Shown: piece after piece, positions 58,114 to 64,000 of the stretch | Position numbering within the stretch: position 1 is the stretch's first letter | Layout: each line of letters opens with the position of its first letter | Assembly (NCBI GenBank): GCA_963692865.2 | Contig: OY843592.1 | Coordinates: 2,432,001-2,496,000, forward strand | Direction: 5' to 3' | Origin: a bacterium | Lineage (GTDB): Bacteria; UBA8248 | Length of the DNA: 64,000 nucleotides | Translations under genes and position numbers: made by a program | Notes under the pieces: model-generated | Told to the model about the DNA's origin: nothing | Databases searched by the model: none | The model's input: only the letters and a program-made list of their open reading frames with translations

Positions 58114-60039
58114 ATGAAGATGCGGAAAGGTTCGTTGTTTTCGTTTTTGGCGGTCGTGGCTTTGCTGTTTCTTGCAGGTTGTGGCAGCAACTCGACGACT
58201 TCTACGCTTGGCAATAATAAACTTGGCAATCTGCATATGGGGGCAGGGGAGAGATATTGGTTTGGCAAAATGGCTCTTGACGGCTATCAGCATTCCGGCG
58301 ACTGGAAGGAGATCGAAAAGGCCAGGACACACTTCGAGAAAGCCGCCGAGTTGGGCGACATCCTAGCGAAGATAGAACTGAAGCGACTACCCGCCAAGGA
58401 GGGCGTTGCTCGCGTGGATCGACTTACGCCGGACGCGACATACTGCGAGTTGATCAGGGAGCGTGCTCAAGGTGATAAAAGCGCCGCGCACTGGCCGCTG
58501 GTCGCCGAAGAGTACGGCAGAATTCTTTTGGCCTCCGTTTGCGGGAGTGCCGGTCTCGATTCCAAAGACGGGAGGGACCGTATCCGCGAAGGCATAGGAT
58601 ACTTGCGAGAAGCCGCAAAGAATGACCGTACCTTCGCTCGATATCTGCTGTTTCGGGCGATGGATGAAAAGCTGGCCCAACGATTAATTTTGGCGAATAT
58701 GGCTCAAGGGAACCCGATAACGGACTGGGAGAAGGAAATTTTAAATAAGCAGATCCAAAAGATGATTTTGAAGAAGAAGTTGCCGGACTATTTTCAGGCA
58801 TGCAAATCACCTCTGCCAACAGACCCCTTTCTCGTTCGACCCGGCGGTCCCGACAACACGAAATATGGACTTATGCAATCGGCGCTGAGTTGGCGGGATG
58901 GAGATCCGTACGCCGCTTACGGCCTTTACGAGTTGGGCAAAGCATATTACGAACTTTCGCGAACTTGCCGCGAGCGGGCGGAGAAAGTAAATCGGCACAA
59001 CCAAGTCGCGACGCTTCAGCTCCGCTGGGATGCAGAAATTTATGAACGCAAATCCGTCATGACGCTGCTTATCGCCGGACATCGAGGGACATACCGGTTC
59101 GTTCCTTTCTGCCTGCCCGGCAAGGAGACCCCTTCGTGCGTGACGGCCCTCGACCACCATAACCCGATCGCGGAGTCTGCGCGAATTTTAGAGAAGCTCT
59201 TTTCGGACGGCAACAACGACGCTGTCCCCGATGATCCACAAGAGGCTCTTTTCTGGAAGGGCAGGGCCGAGGGGGGCCGTTCGAATCGAGCGAATGCTCC
59301 ACTCAGGCTTGTTGATGCCGGGACGGGGTTCTATGTCGCGCCGGGATATGTCCTGACCAATAGACACGTCGTGGAGGGTTGTAAGGTAATTCGGACGTGG
59401 GCGTCGCCCGTGCCCGATCCGAGGAGCAACGTAAGAGAAGGAGAAAAGGGGACGGACCTGGCGCTGATCCGCGTACGGGAGAAAAAGGTCAGGGCGGCCC
59501 GTGATTTCGAGTTCCCCTTGGTCGGAGACCGCGTTTACGTTTTCGGTTATGATAGGCCTTCTTTATTCCCTATCATGCAGCCGCGAATGTCGGACGGAAT
59601 CGTCGGTGGGTGGTCGTATCAGAACTCCAAAGACAAGAGAGCGATGGATCATGGAAATTACCTCCTGTACACCGCGAGCACCTACCCCGGAAACAGCGGG
59701 GGGCCGCTCATCAACGAAGCAGGACGCGTCGTCGGCGTGGTGACGGGAGTAGGTAAGACGCCGGTGACGGGACTACCGGTGACGGGACTAAGTACGATAC
59801 TGGAGACCACCGGGTTCGCCATTCCGATGCATGAGGTGGTGGTTTTCCTGTTGAGAGCGGCGATAGACTGGAAGATCGAAGAGTTGGAGAAGTTGTTCCG
59901 AGAGAAAATTGTTGGCGCCGTGAAGTTGAGGATAGCGAGGCTGGAATCTGACTACAAGCTCAAGGGCGAAGCGTTGATCGCGCAGGCCATTAGCGATCTG
60001 GCGCACGAATTCGTGGTGCCGATCACCTGCTGGCGATAG
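58114..60039 (+). CDS. Lipoprotein with Sel1-like helical region and C-terminal trypsin-like serine protease domain
   Basis: LAGC lipobox, HFEKAAELGD and PQEALFW Sel1-like motifs, TNRHVV, TDLALI, GNSGGP; GGAGG RBS. Confidence 0.75.
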   Translation: MKMRKGSLFSFLAVVALLFLAGCGSNSTTSTLGNNKLGNLHMGAGERYWFGKMALDGYQHSGDWKEIEKARTHFEKAAELGDILAKIELKRLPAKEGVARVDRLTPDATYCELIRERAQGDKSAAHWPLVAEEYGRILLASVCGSAGLDSKDGRDRIREGIGYLREAAKNDRTFARYLLFRAMDEKLAQRLILANMAQGNPITDWEKEILNKQIQKMILKKKLPDYFQACKSPLPTDPFLVRPGGPDNTKYGLMQSALSWRDGDPYAAYGLYELGKAYYELSRTCRERAEKVNRHNQVATLQLRWDAEIYERKSVMTLLIAGHRGTYRFVPFCLPGKETPSCVTALDHHNPIAESARILEKLFSDGNNDAVPDDPQEALFWKGRAEGGRSNRANAPLRLVDAGTGFYVAPGYVLTNRHVVEGCKVIRTWASPVPDPRSNVREGEKGTDLALIRVREKKVRAARDFEFPLVGDRVYVFGYDRPSLFPIMQPRMSDGIVGGWSYQNSKDKRAMDHGNYLLYTASTYPGNSGGPLINEAGRVVGVVTGVGKTPVTGLPVTGLSTILETTGFAIPMHEVVVFLLRAAIDWKIEELEKLFREKIVGAVKLRIARLESDYKLKGEALIAQAISDLAHEFVVPITCWR

Positions 60040-60097
60040 GGGCTCGGCCGGCATCGGAATTGCTGTCCGCGGTCCTTCGCCGCTAATCGGAGTGAAA

Positions 60098-60347
60098 GGC
60101 TTTTTCAACAGCCTCTTGAAGGTCGGGCATCTCCTCACACGGGCGACGTTGTATGTCAGACATATATGTCTGACATACAACATCCCCTTGAATGACGCTC
60201 GTAGGAGCGCTTCGCGAAGCACCCGTTTTCTCCACGGGAGAGGGCCGTTCGCGAATGGCGGGGCAGTCCCGAGGGGGGATTCCCCCTACGGGTTCATTGC
60301 GATTTGCGGGGTTTTGTAGAGACAGGCGCTCCTGCGCCTGTCCGAGG
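60098..60347. repeat. Orphan MITE right end plus cluster of GTAG-type palindromes
   Basis: GGCTTTTTCAACAGCCTC-TTGA; 34-bp perfect palindrome 60148-60181; GTAGGAGCGCTTCGCGAAGCAC; GTAGAGACAGGCG...CGCCTGTC. Confidence 0.7.
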
Positions 60348-60499
60348 CCTCCGCGCCCGTCCGGCTGCGAAATCCGGCAATCCCTCCAGTCATTACATAA
60401 AATTCCGCCCGACGCCGGGAGATTTATCGAACGCTCTCGGGTAGAATCGCCCCATTATTTTTCAGTCAACCACCCGACTCGCAAACGGAGAGCAATGAC

Positions 60500-61216
60500 A
60501 TGGCAATTCGCATCGTGGATTTATCGCAGGAGATTTTCGACGGGATGCCCGTTTATCCCGGCCACCAGCGGACGGGCGTCTTCCCGAACAAGACGCACGC
60601 CGAGACGGCGAAGGCCTATGCGAATTCGCCCTCGGGCCATACCTCGACCTCGAACTGCCTCGTGATGAGCGACCACGGCCCCACCCACGTGGACGCCTTC
60701 TACCACATCGACAAGGACGGGGAGACGATAGACGAACTGGGCCTCGAATGGTTCTACAACGAGGCGATTTGCCTCGATATGTCGAAGTTCTGCAATACCG
60801 AGGACTGGATGGCGCCCGCGGACCTGGAAGAGGCGTGCGCCAAGGCAAACCTCGAAGTGCCGGAGAAGGGCAGCGTGCTCATCTGGACGGGCCATTACGA
60901 GGCGAACTACGGGGGCGATTTTCATAACTGGCTGCACGTCTATCCCGGCCTCTCTGAAGATGCGATGACGTGGCTGGCGGACAGGGGCTGCATCAACGTC
61001 GGCATCGATTCGCCGAGCGTGGATTCCTCGCAGGCCTTCCGCGACAAGGGCTACTGGGCGCACAAGGTTTGCCGGGAGCGCAAGGTGCTGAACGTGGAGA
61101 ATCTCAGCAACCTGAAAGAGGTGGTGAACACCAGCTTCATCTTCTCGTGCCTGCCGCTCAAGATACGGGGCGGAACGGGCTCGCCCGTGCGCGCCGCGGC
61201 GATTTATCACGAGTAG
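60500..61216 (+). CDS. Cyclase family metal-dependent hydrolase (kynurenine formamidase-like)
   Basis: HGPTHVDA, VGIDSPS, ENL, GGTGSPVRA. Confidence 0.88.
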   Translation: MAIRIVDLSQEIFDGMPVYPGHQRTGVFPNKTHAETAKAYANSPSGHTSTSNCLVMSDHGPTHVDAFYHIDKDGETIDELGLEWFYNEAICLDMSKFCNTEDWMAPADLEEACAKANLEVPEKGSVLIWTGHYEANYGGDFHNWLHVYPGLSEDAMTWLADRGCINVGIDSPSVDSSQAFRDKGYWAHKVCRERKVLNVENLSNLKEVVNTSFIFSCLPLKIRGGTGSPVRAAAIYHE

Positions 61217-61312
61217 GGGATTACGTCCGACAGGAGGGGGCCGTTGAACCACCCCGGTGTGGGAGGGTTCGCCGGGGCGCATCGGGAACGATTGCGGGTG
61301 AGGGAAAAGGGA

Positions 61313-62293
61313 ACACTCCCCCTTGAGGGGGTAGTTGAAAAAGCCCATGTATCCCCGGTCGGCGACGTGATGATCCCGTAGTGCCAGCCCTTCCTCGGGG
61401 CTGTCTCACAGGCTTCCGGGCCTCTCCTGCCACGCAAAACGCGATGGCATTGCAGGTCAGACATATATGTCTGACATATCATGCGACCCGTATCGTGAAG
61501 GCGAAAAGGCAGGGCCGCATGATATGCGGCCCCTACGGTGAGATCCCGACCGGCCCGCAAGGGCTTTTTCAACAGCCCCTCCTCAATCGCGTTCGACCCC
61601 CGCTAACCGCCAACGCCCCTTTCCTCACCCTGAGTAGCCGCCGGGAGGCGGCGTATCGAAGGGGCCTGTCCTGAGCCTGTCGAAGGGCGAGGGGAATCGA
61701 ACGCCCCACGCCGGTACGAGCGGCAATCGCCCCCGCATTGGTTGCGATTGACTTTTGATACGCGGCTTCGCCGCTACTCAGGATGAGGCGGATGGGCGGC
61801 TGCGCAGGACGGTGGGGGGGGAGTCTTGCTCTTTCATCGGTCGCGTCAGGTTCTCGTTCGGCGGATTTTTTCAATGGCCCCTTCTTGCTCCGAATTCACC
61901 CCCACTGGCGCGGCTGCGGGCTTGCGCTCTCGCCTTGCTGTCCGGCTTTCCCCTCGGGAAACCCGACCCTCAAGGGGCTGTTGAAAAACCCCCTAACTTG
62001 CACCTAATCGAGAGTGTTCACCGTCATTCCGGCATGCGCCGGAATGACGAACAAAACGCATTCGTCCGTAGGGGCGGTTCGAGAACCGCCCGCTTTCTCC
62101 GGGATGGGGCGTTCGTGAACGCCTCACGTTCACGAACGGCTCCTACAAAAACCGCGCATGTCAAAACGAACCCACAGGAGCGGACACACGGGTCCGCCCC
62201 TGCACAACCATCGCCCTTGAAGGGCAACCCCCCTTGCCCCCTTGTCAGGGGGGTAGAGGCAATGCCCTCGACGAGGATTTTTCAACAACTCCC
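61313..62293. mobile_element. About 1-kb nested cluster of MITE shells and several REP families
   Basis: Left ends 61327 and 61974; right ends 61561-61579, ~61864-61880 and 62277-62293; CGTC, GTAG, CCTCACCCTGAGTAG and CCCCCTTGAGGGG units. Confidence 0.75.
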
Positions 62294-62889
62294 TCACCGG
62301 CCGGGTTCGAAGCGCGCATTTGCCCGCATTTGCGAGGCTTCTCTCCGCCGCTCCTGCGCTATTCTCCCGAAAACCCCTCCGTGAGGGCGAGGCGGCGGGG
62401 CGGGGAAGCCTGATTCGGGAGCCGGAAATGGAGAAAAACCCGCGCATGAAACCCACCGGAACCGGCGCGATCCGGGCGGGCCTCGCAATTGTGTAAAATA
62501 AGATAAATTTGGATAAATATCGACAAATTGATGAAACGGAATGCGGATCATGATAAGGATTGAAAATGCTTTAAATCAAATGTTTATGAAGGTATACTCA
62601 AGTAACGCTTTGATATTTTTCAGAAATTTGTCGAATTAAAAAGTTTTTTCAGAACGCGCATTTGCCCGCAGTCGAGTGAAGGAAAACCCTCCATCCCCGG
62701 CGCGCCCGTTGCCCGCCTTGGCGCCTCGCTTATCTCGGCGAACTTCACGACGACGATTCCCGATTGCGAACGCGGGTGCGAGCGGATACTATCGGGGACG
62801 CAACACGAAGCTGCATGACGACATGGTCCGGATGCGGCGCCGCAGGGCCTCTTTCGCCGCCGGCGCGGCCTCCAGAATTGAGGACGAAC

Positions 62890-64000
62890 ATGGACTTCAC
62901 ACTCACTCCCGAGCAGGAGCAACTCCAGAAGACGGCGCATGAGTTCGCCGCGCAGGAAATCCGCCCCGTCGCGGCGGCGCTCGACAAGGAGCCCGACCCG
63001 ATGAAGCGCTTCCCCTGGGAGGTGCTGGAGAAGGGGAGCAAACTGGGCCTGAGGACCCTGGCGCTTTCCAGGGATATGGGGGGGCCTGGTTGTGACGTGC
63101 TCACGCTGTGCATCGTGGGCGAGGAACTCGCCTGGGGCGATATGGGCACGGCCGTCACCCTTGATCAGGACTGGAAGATCACCCATCTGTTCGAGAAGCT
63201 GGCCAATGAGGAACAGAAGGCGCGTTTTCGGAAATCCTTTCAGGAGGACCACCACTTTCACCTGGCCGTCGGTATGACGGAGGAATCCGGCGGTTCGGAC
63301 AACATCATACCCTACGACAGCCCCGACGCCGGCGTGCGCACGACCGCCGTGCGCGACGGAGACGGCTGGCTGGCCAACGGGAAGAAGCGCTACATTAGCA
63401 ACGGCGGAATCGCAAAACTCTGCATCGTCGCCATGCGGACGGACCCGGCGAAAGGCGTGTCCGAGGGAATGACGTATTTCCTCATCACGCCGGATATGGA
63501 GGGTTTCCGCTACGGGAAAATTCACGACAAAATGGGGCAGCGGCTCTCCCTGAACGCGGAGCTGATTTTCGAGAATTGCCGGATACCGGATGAAAACCGC
63601 GTCACGGAAGTGAACCGCGCCATGCAGGCGCGCCGAATGTTCTTTCCCGGTTCGAACATAGAGGCCTCCGCGACCGTTCTCGGCACCGCCAGAGCGGCCT
63701 ATGAAGACGCCCTGGCGCACGCCCGGAGCCGGGTTCAGGGGGGCAAGCCGATCATCGGGCACCAGGCGATAGGCTTCATGCTGGCGGATTGTTTCGCCGA
63801 ATACGAAGCGAGCAGGCGGTTGCTCCACTACGCCGCCTGGACAGTCGGTCAGGAGGGCCTCTATGACCCCAAGACGGGATTCATGACCAAGTGTTTCGTG
63901 TCCGAATCATCGTACCGGATCGCCACGCGGGCCTTGGAAGTCTGGGGCGGCACCGGTTACATGACGGAAGCGCCGATGGAGAAGTACCTGAGGGACGTGA
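62890..64000 (+). CDS. Acyl-CoA dehydrogenase (runs off window end)
   Basis: Manual translation MDFTLTPEQEQLQ..., GMTEESGGSD, NGKKRYISNG, KMGQR, RVQGGKPI, VWGGTGY, EKYLRD. Confidence 0.9.
   Translation, partial: MDFTLTPEQEQLQKTAHEFAAQEIRPVAAALDKEPDPMKRFPWEVLEKGSKLGLRTLALSRDMGGPGCDVLTLCIVGEELAWGDMGTAVTLDQDWKITHLFEKLANEEQKARFRKSFQEDHHFHLAVGMTEESGGSDNIIPYDSPDAGVRTTAVRDGDGWLANGKKRYISNGGIAKLCIVAMRTDPAKGVSEGMTYFLITPDMEGFRYGKIHDKMGQRLSLNAELIFENCRIPDENRVTEVNRAMQARRMFFPGSNIEASATVLGTARAAYEDALAHARSRVQGGKPIIGHQAIGFMLADCFAEYEASRRLLHYAAWTVGQEGLYDPKTGFMTKCFVSESSYRIATRALEVWGGTGYMTEAPMEKYLRDV

Noticed and set aside
43497-62293. CRISPR array formed by the CGTC palindromes
   Set aside because: Repeats are inverted doublets at dispersed loci with homologous spacers, not direct tandem repeats with unique spacers; no cas genes.

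Overview
GC-rich (by eye roughly 60% or more) bacterial chromosomal window with about 55 CDSs and one tRNA-Gly(GCC). It mixes housekeeping genes (mtaB, pckA, glnE, moeA, mobA, lgt, an HtrA protease) with many catabolic and transport genes: an ABC importer, MFS transporters, TctABC, amidohydrolases, and a FadR-regulated three-subunit 2-oxoacid:ferredoxin oxidoreductase resembling oxalate oxidoreductase. A complete 2-hydroxyisobutyrate utilisation operon (hcmB-hcl-meaH-hcmA) is present. Main items the ORF track misses: (i) two probable selenoproteins whose in-frame TGA replaces the first Cys of a CxxC motif, each followed by a SECIS-like hairpin (DsbA/FrnE-like at 2892-3524; secreted DUF3179 at 48335-49417); (ii) a nested intergenic repeat system at about nine loci, in which MITE-like shells with GGGGTTGTTGAAAAA...TTTTTCAACAACCCC ends, often abutting TTGA/TCAA, carry CGTC- and GTAG-type REP palindromes and themselves sit inside the TTGA loop of another hairpin repeat; (iii) an S8-protease/beta-barrel lipoprotein gene frameshifted between its signal peptide and lipobox; (iv) a probable CTG-initiated gene. 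No CRISPR array, rRNA, transposase or integrase is visible. All family assignments come from motif recognition and remembered reference sequences, not database searches.
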